Source of the DNA: an uncultured Ruficoccus sp.
Lineage (GTDB): Bacteria > Verrucomicrobiota > Verrucomicrobiia > Opitutales > Cerasicoccaceae
Length of the DNA: 54,021 nt
NCBI GenBank assembly: GCA_965140785.1
Contig: OZ223503.1
Location: 1-54,021, forward strand
Reading direction: 5' to 3'
Shown here: piece after piece, positions 1 through 8,918 of the stretch
How the letters are laid out: the number at the start of each line of letters is the position of its first letter
Position numbering within the stretch: the stretch's first letter is position 1
Notes under the pieces: model-generated
The model's input: only the letters and a program-made list of their open reading frames with translations
Told to the model about the DNA's origin: nothing
The model's database searches: none
Program-made: the position numbers and the translations under genes

Positions 1-78
1 GCCCCAGACAATGGAGGCGAGCATGAAGTAGCGGACGATCCGGTCGTTGTATTCTACGGTAACGGTTTTAGCGGGCAT
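1..78 (-). CDS. ccoN: cbb3-type cytochrome c oxidase subunit I, N-terminus (partial; continues beyond window start)
   Basis: Reverse strand from ATG at 78 reads MPAKTVTVEYNDRIVRYFMLASIVWG, a typical CcoN N-terminus; directly downstream of a ccoS-like gene. Confidence 0.75.
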   Translation of the reverse strand, partial: MPAKTVTVEYNDRIVRYFMLASIVWG

Positions 79-123
79 GATTGCGGACAAAAACGGAAGG
101 GAGAGGGCCGGGCCGGGCGCGGG

Positions 124-312
124 TCAGGACTCGCGCTGCGGCGGCCGGGAATCTTTGCGGTGGGCGGGGCGGGGCTTTTCCTCCTCAAACGGAATCAGCG
201 CGTCACTCTCGGGAGACGAGAAGTGATTGCGGCTCCGGTCGCGATAAAATAAAATAATGAAGACCGCGGCTAGAATCAGACTCAGTAAAAGGGTGAGGAA
301 GAGCACCTCCAT
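124..312 (-). CDS. ccoS: cbb3-type cytochrome oxidase maturation protein CcoS-like
   Basis: 62 aa, one N-terminal TM helix (MEVLFLTLLLSLILAAVFIILF) followed by F-S-S-P-E..A.IP; adjacent to ccoN. Confidence 0.7.
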   Translation of the reverse strand: MEVLFLTLLLSLILAAVFIILFYRDRSRNHFSSPESDALIPFEEEKPRPAHRKDSRPPQRES

Positions 313-600
313 GATTAAATATGCTAATTAGCAAAAGTAATGAATAAAATTGAAGCGACAAGGAAAAAGGCCGCTAATTTTGGATATCATTGGAGGATCT
401 CATTTCGCCCGAGACGGCATCGCGAGTGGGCCTTTTAACGATTCCGAGTCTCAATAGTGCGAGCAGCGAATGGCTTTTTTGATTAGATTTTCTAATTAAA
501 TGCTTGTCGGTTTCTAATCGAAAAAGGCAAGTAGGGGCCCCGGATGGGTGCGTAACCCGGATTCCGTCGCACTCTTCTGCGTATCAGGCGAAGGGGGGAG

Positions 601-1398
601 CTATGCCTGCTGGCGTAGGGGTAGCCAGGCGAGGACGCGCTGAATCCACTGGTCCCAGAAGGCCCAGTTGTGCTCGCCGGGGCCCTCTTCGTAGGTCAGG
701 GGCAGGCCGAGCTCGGCGAAGTGCTGGCGCAGGCGCTGGTTGGCGTCGTAGAGGAAGTCGCCCGTGCCGCAGCAGGCGTAAAGGGCGGGCAGGGGGGGGC
801 CGTTTTTCTGAGCCCGGCTGGCGAGGGCGAGCAGGTCGGCCTCGGAGCCAGCCACGGCGTCAGGATCGGCGAAAATCTGGCGCATGCCTGCATAGGCGGG
901 AGAGCCTTCGGCCTTGCGCATGGCAATGTAGCCGGCCAGGTCGAGCGCGCCGGAGAGGCTGGCGGCGGCGGCGAAGTTTTCGGGGTGGCGCAGGGCGTGG
1001 AGGAAGGCGCCGTAGCCACCCATGGAGAGCCCGGCGATGAAGTTGTCCTCGCGTCGGTCCGAGAGGGGGAAGAAGTCGCGGCAGAGCCGGGGCAGCTCCT
1101 CGGCGATGTAGGTGAAGTAGCGCGGGCCCAGGGCCATGTCCTGGTACCAGCTCAGGTGAACATTCGGCATGACCACGGCCAGCCCGAGGTCGGCGGCGTA
1201 GCGCTCGATCGCGGTGCGGCGCATCCAGATGGTGTGGTCGTCAGTGCGCCCGTGCAGCAGCCACAGGGTGGGGTGGGGGCCGCCGCGGCTGCGTCCGCTC
1301 ATCCCGACCTGGGCGGAAGTCTGCTGGGGCAGGAGGACATTGACGGCGCAGGACATTTCGAGCGCCTCGGAGAACAGGTTGCACTGGATGAAAGCCAT
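601..1398 (-). CDS. Esterase, alpha/beta hydrolase (tributyrin esterase/FrmB-like)
   Basis: LLHG motif, GLSMGG nucleophile elbow, CGTGDFL and GEHNWAFW motifs. Confidence 0.88.
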   Translation of the reverse strand: MAFIQCNLFSEALEMSCAVNVLLPQQTSAQVGMSGRSRGGPHPTLWLLHGRTDDHTIWMRRTAIERYAADLGLAVVMPNVHLSWYQDMALGPRYFTYIAEELPRLCRDFFPLSDRREDNFIAGLSMGGYGAFLHALRHPENFAAAASLSGALDLAGYIAMRKAEGSPAYAGMRQIFADPDAVAGSEADLLALASRAQKNGPPLPALYACCGTGDFLYDANQRLRQHFAELGLPLTYEEGPGEHNWAFWDQWIQRVLAWLPLRQQA

Positions 1399-1440
1399 AA
1401 GCGCTCCATTGAGGAGGCCGGGGACGGCACTGGCAAAACG

Positions 1441-1469
1441 AAAAAAGCCCTTCCGGCGTGGAAGGGCTT
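1441..1469 (-). terminator. Intrinsic terminator after the small basic protein gene
   Basis: Stem AAGCCCTTCC / GGAAGGGCTT followed by a T-tract on the minus strand. Confidence 0.75.
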
Positions 1470-1495
1470 GGTCAAAGTGACGGTTGAAGGACCGC

Positions 1496-1654
1496 TTATT
1501 CGGCGGGCTTCGTCTTCTTCAGGCCGACGACGCGGTCGCCCTGGCTCCACTCGCCGCGCTCGCGCAGCAGGTCGATGCGCTCAAAGCGCTTGAGAACGGA
1601 GCGTTTCTTGCGGGCGGCGGCGGCGCCCTTTACAAAGCTGGGATGCTGGGACAT
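1496..1654 (-). CDS. PVC-superphylum small basic protein (TIGR04137-like)
   Basis: 52 aa from ATG at 1654: MSQHPSF...[15 protein letters not shown]...W...VVGLKKTK, matching the Planctomycetes/Verrucomicrobia/Chlamydiae signature protein. Confidence 0.85.
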   Translation of the reverse strand: MSQHPSFVKGAAAARKKRSVLKRFERIDLLRERGEWSQGDRVVGLKKTKPAE

Positions 1655-1895
1655 GGCTGGTCTTTCGTTGGAAAAAAGAGGAGGAGAAAAACGTTTCCTG
1701 ACACAAAGGCAACCGAAAAATGACCCCCCGGCTGGTATCTTTTTGCCCGGCGGGCCGGGAAATGCGCCTGAAAGGGCCATCATCGTGTGCTCCGGCGGGC
1801 GCTTGTCAAATATTTGCGGGGCGATTGTTGGAGGGGATGGGGCTGGACTACGTGGGAGCTTGCCAGGGACCGGGGCGCTACGCCAGCATGCGGCG

Positions 1896-2852
1896 GTGAC
1901 TGCGAAACTCCTCTGTGCCTGCCTGCTTCTCTTGTCCGTCTTGCCTGCCGTGAGTGCGCGCACCTTTACGGTTACGCTGCCGGGGGCGCCGGGGCGGGGC
2001 GACGTTCACACGCAGGCGAGCCTGGAGGACTGGGGCGAATCAACCTTGCCGGAGCCGGAGCGGATGGAGCAGTTGCTTGCCGCCCTTGGGGCGCTGGAGG
2101 CGGAGCTGGGCGGGCAGATCGGGCTCTATTATTATGACACCGGTGCGGGCTATGGATTCAGTTGGCGTGGAGCGCAGCGTTTTCCCATGAACAGTACATT
2201 CAAGGTCGTGTTGGCTGGGGCGGTACTGGCGGAACGGGCCGGGCCGGGCCTGATGGATGAAATCATTCCCTACGGGCCGAACGAACTGGTGACCTACTCG
2301 CCGGTGACGGAGCAGCACGCGGGCGAAGGGATGACCCGGGCCGCTCTGTGCCGGGCGGCGCTCCAGCACAGTGACAACACTGCGGCCAACCTGCTTATCC
2401 GCGATCTGGGCGGACCGGCAGCCGTCACCGCCTATGCCCGGACACTGGGCGATGCAAGCTTTCGCCTCGACCGCTGGGAGACGGAGCTGAACGACAATCC
2501 GCCGGGCGATCCGCGCGACACCACCACGCCCCGCGCCATGGGCCAGACGCTGGAAAAACTGCTCCTGGGGGATGCGCTGCCGACGGCCCAGCGCGAGCAA
2601 CTGGTGGCATGGATGCGCGGAAACAAGACCGGCGAGGCCCGCATTCGCGCCGGAGCCCCCACGGGCTGGACGGTGGCCGACAAGACCGGGACTGGCGGCT
2701 ACGGTACGGCCAACGACGTTGGGGTTCTCTGGCCCCCGGCGGGTTCACCGGTCATTCTGGTCGTATTTACGAACAAGGGCGTTTACGGAGCCGCCGGGAG
2801 CAGCGAGGCGATTGCCGGAGCGACGCGGCTGGCCCTGGCCATGAGGGAGTGA
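1896..2852 (+). CDS. bla: Class A serine beta-lactamase with signal peptide
   Basis: STFK, SDN, omega-loop RWETELN (E166) and DKTG motifs; GTG start at 1896 chosen because it precedes a signal peptide (start uncertain). Confidence 0.9.
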   Translation: MTAKLLCACLLLLSVLPAVSARTFTVTLPGAPGRGDVHTQASLEDWGESTLPEPERMEQLLAALGALEAELGGQIGLYYYDTGAGYGFSWRGAQRFPMNSTFKVVLAGAVLAERAGPGLMDEIIPYGPNELVTYSPVTEQHAGEGMTRAALCRAALQHSDNTAANLLIRDLGGPAAVTAYARTLGDASFRLDRWETELNDNPPGDPRDTTTPRAMGQTLEKLLLGDALPTAQREQLVAWMRGNKTGEARIRAGAPTGWTVADKTGTGGYGTANDVGVLWPPAGSPVILVVFTNKGVYGAAGSSEAIAGATRLALAMRE

Positions 2853-2858
2853 GGCTGC

Positions 2859-3185
2859 CTACGGCCTGGAGGTGACCTCGTCGGCCCATCGGAGGTATTC
2901 GGGGGTCACGGTGGTCAGGGGGAGCGCCACCCATTGGAAGACTTGGTAGGGGTGGTTCTGGCGCAGCCATTCGACGATGTCGGCGCCGCGCTCTTCGGAG
3001 AATTTGACCGCGAGCCGGAACTCCGGCTGCACCTCGTCCTTCCCGTCCCAGTGGTAGTGGGACATGACGGGACCGTCCACCTGGACACAGGCGGCGAGGC
3101 GGGCGCGGGTGAGGCCTTCGGCCAGGCGGCGGGCATCGATATCGTTGGGGGCAGTGGTCCAGCCGAGCATCAGTTGTTTAATCAT
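2859..3185 (-). CDS. cutA: Divalent-cation tolerance protein CutA
   Basis: LAACVQ, SHYHWDG, HPYQV and YLRW motifs. Confidence 0.9.
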   Translation of the reverse strand: MIKQLMLGWTTAPNDIDARRLAEGLTRARLAACVQVDGPVMSHYHWDGKDEVQPEFRLAVKFSEERGADIVEWLRQNHPYQVFQWVALPLTTVTPEYLRWADEVTSRP

Positions 3186-3335
3186 TATAGGCCGGTATAG
3201 GGGCCGGGTGGTGAGAATTCACGCCTAAAAACAAGGGGCCGGTTGCCGGGGCATGATATTTTGCTTGCGCAAGGGGAGCAAGTGGCTCATTTTTGCCCGC
3301 TTTTCCCCAGTCAGGTACCAACAGGAGGAACTACT

Positions 3336-3548
3336 TTGAGAGACGAATACTTAATTGAAGCCCAAAAGGTCATCGAGGATCCCAACATTCTCATCAATGT
3401 GGTGTCGCGGCGCGTCAAGCAGCTCAAGTACGGGATGAAGCCCCTGGTCGAATCCCTGGAAAAGCTTGAACCCGAGGACATTGCCCTGCGCGAAGTCATC
3501 GAAGGCAAGATCGACTACGAACTCTACCGCCCCGAAGACGAGGCCTGA
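3336..3548 (+). CDS. rpoZ: RNA polymerase omega subunit
   Basis: TTG start at 3336 after AGGAGG (3323-3328); LINVVSRRVKQL and IALREVIEGKI motifs. Confidence 0.85.
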   Translation: MRDEYLIEAQKVIEDPNILINVVSRRVKQLKYGMKPLVESLEKLEPEDIALREVIEGKIDYELYRPEDEA

Positions 3549-3632
3549 GGACGGGTCGCGGCGGCCTGTCTTGACTAAACCTTCCGCCGGGGCGACCTGG
3601 GTGAAGGGGGCCTCCGATTCCCCGTTTGACCC

Positions 3633-4109
3633 ATGGCAGCCAAAAAGAAAGACCCGGAACGTTACCGCGAGATCCGCAACTCCAAGGCGGGGCGCAACTA
3701 CTTTATCGGGGAAAGGTTCGAGGCCGGGCTCAAGCTGACCGGCACCGAGGTCAAGACCATCCGCGGTGGCAAGGGCCAGCTCAACGACGCCTTTGTCCGC
3801 ATCGACAAGGGGGACGTGCCCACGCTCTACCATTCGCACATCCCCGAGTACGAGTTTGGCAACCGCGAGAACCACAACCCGACCCGCCCGCGCGTCCTGC
3901 TCCTGCACAAGAAGGAGATCGACCGCGTCAAGCTCGAGATGGAGGCCGGGGGACAGGCGTTGATCCCGCTGCGCATGTACTTCAAGGGTGGACTGGTCAA
4001 GGTCGAGGTCGCCCTGTGCAAGGGCAAGAAGCTCTTCGACAAGCGCGAGGATATCAAGAAAAAGGACCAGATGCGCGAAGCCGAACGCGCCATGAGCATC
4101 CGCCGCTAG
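3633..4109 (+). CDS. smpB: SsrA-binding protein
   Basis: FEAGLKLTGTEVK, NHNPTRPRVLLLHKKEI, GKKLFDKRE. Confidence 0.97.
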   Translation: MAAKKKDPERYREIRNSKAGRNYFIGERFEAGLKLTGTEVKTIRGGKGQLNDAFVRIDKGDVPTLYHSHIPEYEFGNRENHNPTRPRVLLLHKKEIDRVKLEMEAGGQALIPLRMYFKGGLVKVEVALCKGKKLFDKREDIKKKDQMREAERAMSIRR

Positions 4110-4253
4110 CAGGACGAAGTCCTGCACCTGTGATCCTGCGGATCACTGAGGGGCTACGCCCCTACGCCGCCAGAAAGGCGGCTACCCCAAACGCACGGCG
4201 TTTGATCCGACTGAGGGGCTGTGCCCCTACGCGGCCAGAAAGGCCGCTACCCC
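4109..4253 (+). repeat. Multi-hairpin REP-like element with an internal 43-bp tandem duplication
   Basis: GCAGGAC-GAA-GTCCTGC, GTGATCC-TGC-GGATCAC and AGGGGC-nnn-GCCCCT hairpins; 4146-4188 is repeated at 4211-4253. Confidence 0.75.
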
Positions 4254-4302
4254 AGGTCGTTCTTTTCGGATGGAGTCACTTCCAGTGGGTATAAACTTAC
4301 GC

Positions 4303-4689
4303 TTACGCCCGTCCGGCGAAGCTCACCCCGATCAGGCCGAGGATGAAGAGCGAGAGGAAGAAAAAGACAATCTGAAAGATGAGGCTGAAGAGGTAGGTCA
4401 CGAAGGCCTTGCCGAAGCTCACGTCGAAGATGCCGCTGATGAGCAGGACGTTGATGGCCACGGCGATGAGCACGCCGAGGACGTTGCCCAGGCCGGGGAT
4501 AAATGTCCCGGCTCCGCCCAGCGCACCGATGATGATCCACGATAAAATCAGGATCAGCAGGGCCCGGCCCAGGGTATTGCGGTGCTTGGGCACACCCGCC
4601 ACGCTTGCCCCCAGCCTGAGGAAGAAGGTGGCGAAAAACAGCAGGACGAACAGCAGCAGGATCGAGACGAGTAGGGGGACCAGCTCCAT
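4303..4689 (-). CDS. Hypothetical membrane protein (about 4 TM helices)
   Basis: 128 aa, almost entirely hydrophobic, fills the gap between smpB and cobQ. Confidence 0.7.
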   Translation of the reverse strand: MELVPLLVSILLLFVLLFFATFFLRLGASVAGVPKHRNTLGRALLILILSWIIIGALGGAGTFIPGLGNVLGVLIAVAINVLLISGIFDVSFGKAFVTYLFSLIFQIVFFFLSLFILGLIGVSFAGRA

Positions 4690-4854
4690 ACGCCGTCTTA
4701 TTGTCCGTACGTGCCGCCCGCTGGCAACCGCAAAAGCGTAGAGCGCAACCCCGTTGGGGTTGGAAAGGCTCGGGCCGAGATGTTAAGGGACCGCCTAAAA
4801 ACGAATAAAAAGTGGCCTTTGCGGGAATCTGCGGGCATTGCGTATCGGATCGCC

Positions 4855-6402
4855 ATGGCAAAAGGGAAATGCATTGCACTGCTGGGGACCGGTTCGGATG
4901 TCGGTAAAAGTTTCATCGTCGCCGGGATTGGCCGGGCGCTGAAGAACCGGGGCTTCGACGTGGCCCCGTACAAGGCGCAGAACATGTCCAACAATTCCTA
5001 CGTGACCCTGGACGGGCTGGAGATGGGGCGGGCGCAGGTCGTCCAGGCCGAGGCCTGCGGGCTGGAGCCCGACGTGCGGATGAATCCCGTCCTGCTCAAG
5101 CCTGCGGGCGACATGTGCTCGCAGGTCGTGTTGCAGGGGCGGGTGCTCGGCTCGCGTTCGGCCCGGGAGTACTACGGGCAGATTGACCGCCTGTTTGACA
5201 AGGTGATGGAGTCGCTGGAATCCCTCCAGCGGGAGCATGCGGTGGTGGTGATGGAGGGCGCCGGCTCCTGCGGCGAGGTGAACCTGCGGGACCGGGACAT
5301 TGTCAACTTCCGGCCCGCCCATGCCGTTGACGCGCCGGTCTTGCTCATCGCGGATATCGACCGGGGCGGGGTTTTCGGCCAGATCGTGGGCACGCTCGCG
5401 GTCATCCCTCCCGAGGACCGGGCACGTGTGCGGGGCATCATTATTAACCGGTTCCGGGGCGATGGCAGTCTCTTTACGGATGGGGTGCGCTGGATCGAGG
5501 CGGAGACCGGGCTGCCCGTGCTCGGCGTGCTGCCCTTCAACCGGGAAATCGCCATCGACGCGGAGGACGGCATGACGGTCGAAACCGTGGTCGATCCGCC
5601 CGCCGTGAAAGAACCGGGGAAGATCCACATCGCCTGTCTGTTGCTGCCGCGTATTTCCAACCACACGGACTTGGCGGCGCTGCAATGCACGGCGGGGGTG
5701 AGCGTACACTTTCTATCCCGTCCGCGCGACCTCGGCCTTTACGATCAGGTGCTGCTGCCGGGCTCGAAAAACGTCCGGGCGGATTTGGACTGGCTGCAAA
5801 CCAGCGGCTGGACTTCCCGGTTGGAGCGCTATGTCGCCGGTGGCGGGCGACTGGGCGGCATCTGCGGCGGCTACCAGATGATGGGAACGGTTGTCCGCGA
5901 TCCGCACGGGGTGGAAGGGGAGCCGGGCGAAAGCCGGGGGCTCGGCTTGTTGCCGGTGGAGACGGAGTTGACACCCGAAAAAACGCTGGAGCGCGTGCGC
6001 GGTATCTGGGCCACCAATGGCCAGCCGGTGGCAGGCTACGAGATTCACATGGGCCACACGCGTTGTTCGCGGGAGGCGGACGGTTTTGAGCCCGCCGTCA
6101 CCCAACTCCGGAAGCGGGGGGAATCCGCCTACGCCACCGACGGGCTCCGCTCCGCCGATGGCCGCCTCTGGGGCACGTATCTGCACGGGCTCTTTGATTC
6201 CGGTGTATTCCGCCAGGCCTTTCTGGACAACTTGGCGCCCGGCGTCGTACTGGGCGGGGGCAGTGCTTTTTCCTCCGTCCGAGTCGCTCCCGGCGAGGAT
6301 TTCGACGCCTTCAAGCAGCGCCAATACGATCTCCTCGGCCAGCACATCGAGGCGCATCTGGACATGGACCGTATCGTCGAGATTAGCGGCCTGAGAGCGT
6401 GA
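4855..6402 (+). CDS. cobQ: Cobyric acid synthase
   Basis: GTGSDVGKS, PYKAQNMSNNS, MNPVLLKP, EGAGS, ISNHTD, GICGGYQM, GYEIH and GTYLHG motifs; ATG at 4855. Confidence 0.96.
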   Translation: MAKGKCIALLGTGSDVGKSFIVAGIGRALKNRGFDVAPYKAQNMSNNSYVTLDGLEMGRAQVVQAEACGLEPDVRMNPVLLKPAGDMCSQVVLQGRVLGSRSAREYYGQIDRLFDKVMESLESLQREHAVVVMEGAGSCGEVNLRDRDIVNFRPAHAVDAPVLLIADIDRGGVFGQIVGTLAVIPPEDRARVRGIIINRFRGDGSLFTDGVRWIEAETGLPVLGVLPFNREIAIDAEDGMTVETVVDPPAVKEPGKIHIACLLLPRISNHTDLAALQCTAGVSVHFLSRPRDLGLYDQVLLPGSKNVRADLDWLQTSGWTSRLERYVAGGGRLGGICGGYQMMGTVVRDPHGVEGEPGESRGLGLLPVETELTPEKTLERVRGIWATNGQPVAGYEIHMGHTRCSREADGFEPAVTQLRKRGESAYATDGLRSADGRLWGTYLHGLFDSGVFRQAFLDNLAPGVVLGGGSAFSSVRVAPGEDFDAFKQRQYDLLGQHIEAHLDMDRIVEISGLRA

Positions 6403-6442
6403 AGGTGTAAATCTCAATCTTCCAAATTCCAGACGCTCAAAC

Positions 6443-6874
6443 CTACTCGGCGAACTGCACGTCCTTGACCCCGGCGCGGGCGCAGGCGTCCATGACCTTG
6501 ACCACGGCCTGATGCTGCGTGCCCTCGGCGGGGGAGAGGGTGACGCGGGCTTCGGAGTGGTTGGCGCGGCAGGCGGCCTGGTAGCGGGTGAGCATGGCGG
6601 CCAGTTCGCGGTAGCGCGGGGCGCCGGGGCGGTCGTAGGCGTAGTCGTTGACCACGGCCTGGCCGTCGTCGCGGATTTCGATGACGGGCTCGTCCGGAAA
6701 CTCCAGCGGCGCGGCCTGCTCGACCGTGCCAGGCAGCTCGAAGGACAGGTCGGCCTCCTGCTCTTCCAACGTGGTCGAGACCATGAAGTAGATCAGAAGC
6801 AAAAAGACGCAGTCAATCATCGGGGCCAGGGGGATGCCCACACGCTCGTCGGGTTTTTTTCGCAGGCGGGCCAT
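6443..6874 (-). CDS. exbD: Biopolymer transport protein ExbD/TolR family
   Basis: PLAPMIDCVFLLLIYFMV and VVKVMDACARAGV; ATG at 6874. Confidence 0.9.
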   Translation of the reverse strand: MARLRKKPDERVGIPLAPMIDCVFLLLIYFMVSTTLEEQEADLSFELPGTVEQAAPLEFPDEPVIEIRDDGQAVVNDYAYDRPGAPRYRELAAMLTRYQAACRANHSEARVTLSPAEGTQHQAVVKVMDACARAGVKDVQFAE

Positions 6875-6878
6875 GGGG

Positions 6879-7289
6879 TCAGTTCGTCTGGACGGTGGCG
6901 TAGATGACTTGCCGGACCCCGGCCTCGGCGCAGGCTTCGAGCACGGGGCGGATTTTCCCGTAGGGGGTGGCGCGGTCGGCGCGGACCTCGACCGAGAGCT
7001 CCGGCTGCGCGGCCAGGGCACGCTCCAGGCGGGCGGTGAGCTGCGGGAGGTTGAGAGGGTCCGTACCGAGGTAGGCGGTGCCGTCGGCCTCGAGCGAGAC
7101 GATGGCGCGGTGGGCGGGATTATCCGGCACCTGGCTCTCGGCGGATTCGGGCAGCTCGACTTCGCGGACCTTGTCGGCGCGGGCGAGTGTCCCGGCGTAA
7201 AGGAAGAAGACCAGCAGCAGAAAGACCATGTCGATCATCGGTGCCATGGGGAAATCTGTCTCCGGGTGCTCGCGTTTGCGCAACCTCAT
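6879..7289 (-). CDS. exbD: Biopolymer transport protein ExbD/TolR family
   Basis: PMAPMIDMVFLLLVFF, VRADRATPYG; ATG at 7289. Confidence 0.9.
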   Translation of the reverse strand: MRLRKREHPETDFPMAPMIDMVFLLLVFFLYAGTLARADKVREVELPESAESQVPDNPAHRAIVSLEADGTAYLGTDPLNLPQLTARLERALAAQPELSVEVRADRATPYGKIRPVLEACAEAGVRQVIYATVQTN

Positions 7290-7383
7290 TGCAACACCCA
7301 GCGCACTCTCTGTCGGCCCCAAAGTCAAGCCAGCAGCGGCCCGAGACGCAGCCGGGAATAAAAAATGCTCTCCATGCTTGCGT

Positions 7384-7402
7384 TATGAGACCGCGTTTCA
7401 TT
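7384..7402. promoter_or_regulatory. Fur/Zur-box-like 19-bp imperfect palindrome
   Basis: TATGAGA-CCGCG-TTTCATT between the divergent exbD pair and the CDF transporter. Confidence 0.4.
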
Positions 7403-7420
7403 TAAGCGTTTTTAATCCTT

Positions 7421-8386
7421 ATGCACGCCCATTCCCACGATCACGGCCACGCGCACGGTGCGGGCCACTCCCATGGACACGGCCACAGCCACGCGCCGCC
7501 GGCCGTCCCGCGCAAGCGCCTCTTGCAGGCCATGCTGATCAGCCTGGTTATAACGGTGGCGCAGGTGATTGGCGGGATCCTGTCGGGCAGTCTGGCGCTC
7601 ATCTCCGATGCCCTGCACACGGCGACGGACGCGGTGGCGCTGATTATCAGCTACTTCGCGCTCAAGCTGGGTGACGCCAAGAGCAGCACGAGTTTTACCT
7701 TCGGGCTCAAGCGGGCGGAGATCATGGCCGCCGTGCTCAACTCCGGAGTCCTGATCGGGATCAGCGTGTGGCTGATTTACGAGGCGATCCTGCGCTTTAT
7801 CCATCCCGAGACGATCGAGCCGGGCATCATGGCCGCAGTGGCGCTGATCGGCCTGATTGCCAACGTGGTCAACGCCGTCCTCCTGCAAAAGGGCTCCAAG
7901 GAAAACCTCAACATGCGCTCGGCCTACCTGCACGTGCTCAGCGACGCCATCGTGAGCGTGTGCGTGATCGCCGGGGGCATTGTCATCCTGATCTGGGAGT
8001 CGGCCACCTGGGTGGACCCGCTGCTGACCCTGTTGATCTCGATCTGGCTCATCCGGGCGAGCTGGGCCATCGTCTGGCACGCCTCCAAGATTCTTATGAT
8101 GGGTGCCCCCGACTCGCCCTCGCTGGAGGAGATCGGCGCGGCTCTGGGTGAGCTGGACGGTGTCTGCAACGTCCACCACGCGCACCTGTGGGCGCTCAAC
8201 GAGCAGAATGTTCACTTCGAGGCGCACGTGGAGGTGGAAGACCGCCTGATCAGCCAGACCACGCCGCTGCTCAACCGGATCGAATCCCTCCTGCACGAGC
8301 ACTTCGGGATCAATCACGTGACCATTCAGTTCGAGTCCGGGCGCTGCGAACACCGCGACCTGATCATCGAAAAAGACGCCGAGTAA
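7421..8386 (+). CDS. Cation diffusion facilitator (CzcD/ZitB-like) with His-rich N-terminus
   Basis: SLALISDALH, NLNMRSAYLHVLSD, HHAHLW, HVTIQFE. Confidence 0.93.
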   Translation: MHAHSHDHGHAHGAGHSHGHGHSHAPPAVPRKRLLQAMLISLVITVAQVIGGILSGSLALISDALHTATDAVALIISYFALKLGDAKSSTSFTFGLKRAEIMAAVLNSGVLIGISVWLIYEAILRFIHPETIEPGIMAAVALIGLIANVVNAVLLQKGSKENLNMRSAYLHVLSDAIVSVCVIAGGIVILIWESATWVDPLLTLLISIWLIRASWAIVWHASKILMMGAPDSPSLEEIGAALGELDGVCNVHHAHLWALNEQNVHFEAHVEVEDRLISQTTPLLNRIESLLHEHFGINHVTIQFESGRCEHRDLIIEKDAE

Positions 8387-8421
8387 GCAGGGCTGTGGCT
8401 ACCTTGCCGCTCCAGCCGACG

Positions 8422-8769
8422 TTATCCGAAGGTGTCGCCTTTCCAGCCCCACATGGAGCCCTGGGCGCTGTTGAATTTGACGTAAACGCGGTCGCTGGGG
8501 ATGCCCAGCTCGGCCTCGATGAGCTCGCACAAGCCCTTGCTGAGGATCTTGGTCTTGTCGGCGGCGAGGCCGAGGGCGTGCAGCTCCAGATAGGCGAGGG
8601 GATCCTCGGTCCCGCCGAAGGCCATGGGCACGTCGGGCTTGAGGGCGACCATCATGTAGGACTCGGGCTTGCCTAAAAGCTCGGCGGTCAGCTTGGAAGA
8701 ACGCTTGAGCAGGAGGTGGCGGGCCTCCTCGTCCACGGAGAGGTTGGTCTGGATGTTAAGGTACGGCAT
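8422..8769 (-). CDS. MIF / phenylpyruvate tautomerase family protein
   Basis: N-terminal M-P, LGKPESY, MAFGG, LGIPSDRVYV, WGWKGDTF. Confidence 0.9.
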   Translation of the reverse strand: MPYLNIQTNLSVDEEARHLLLKRSSKLTAELLGKPESYMMVALKPDVPMAFGGTEDPLAYLELHALGLAADKTKILSKGLCELIEAELGIPSDRVYVKFNSAQGSMWGWKGDTFG

Positions 8770-8850
8770 AGAGCTAACGTACCGATGTAGGGAAAAAGTG
8801 CAATTAGGCCGGGTCGATGTTTATAGGTTTAAACCTTTGAGCGGTCCCCC

Positions 8851-8909
8851 CCACGGAGGCACAGGGGCCACGGAGTTTCCTTGGTAAACGTCTTCGTGCC
8901 CTTTGTGAC
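8851..8909. repeat. CACAG/CACGG-type inverted repeat pair
   Basis: ccacggaggcacaggggccacgg facing cttcgtgccctttgtg; related arms at 10971, 12356 and 30863. Confidence 0.45.
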
Positions 8910-8918
8910 CCGGCTTTC

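Noticed and set aside
1575..1895. Long N-terminus of the beta-lactamase ORF
   Set aside because: Overlaps the antisense small basic protein gene and its upstream region; the signal peptide starts near 1896
4109..4253. CRISPR array
   Set aside because: Only two imperfect 43-bp repeats, no regular spacers, no cas genes; fits a REP-like element
4110..4300. tmRNA (ssrA) next to smpB
   Set aside because: No tRNA-like ends or tag reading frame; too short and explained by repeats
4690..4854. Cobalamin riboswitch upstream of cobQ
   Set aside because: Lacks the conserved GGGAA..GGTG.AA..CC and GCCACTG-type boxes
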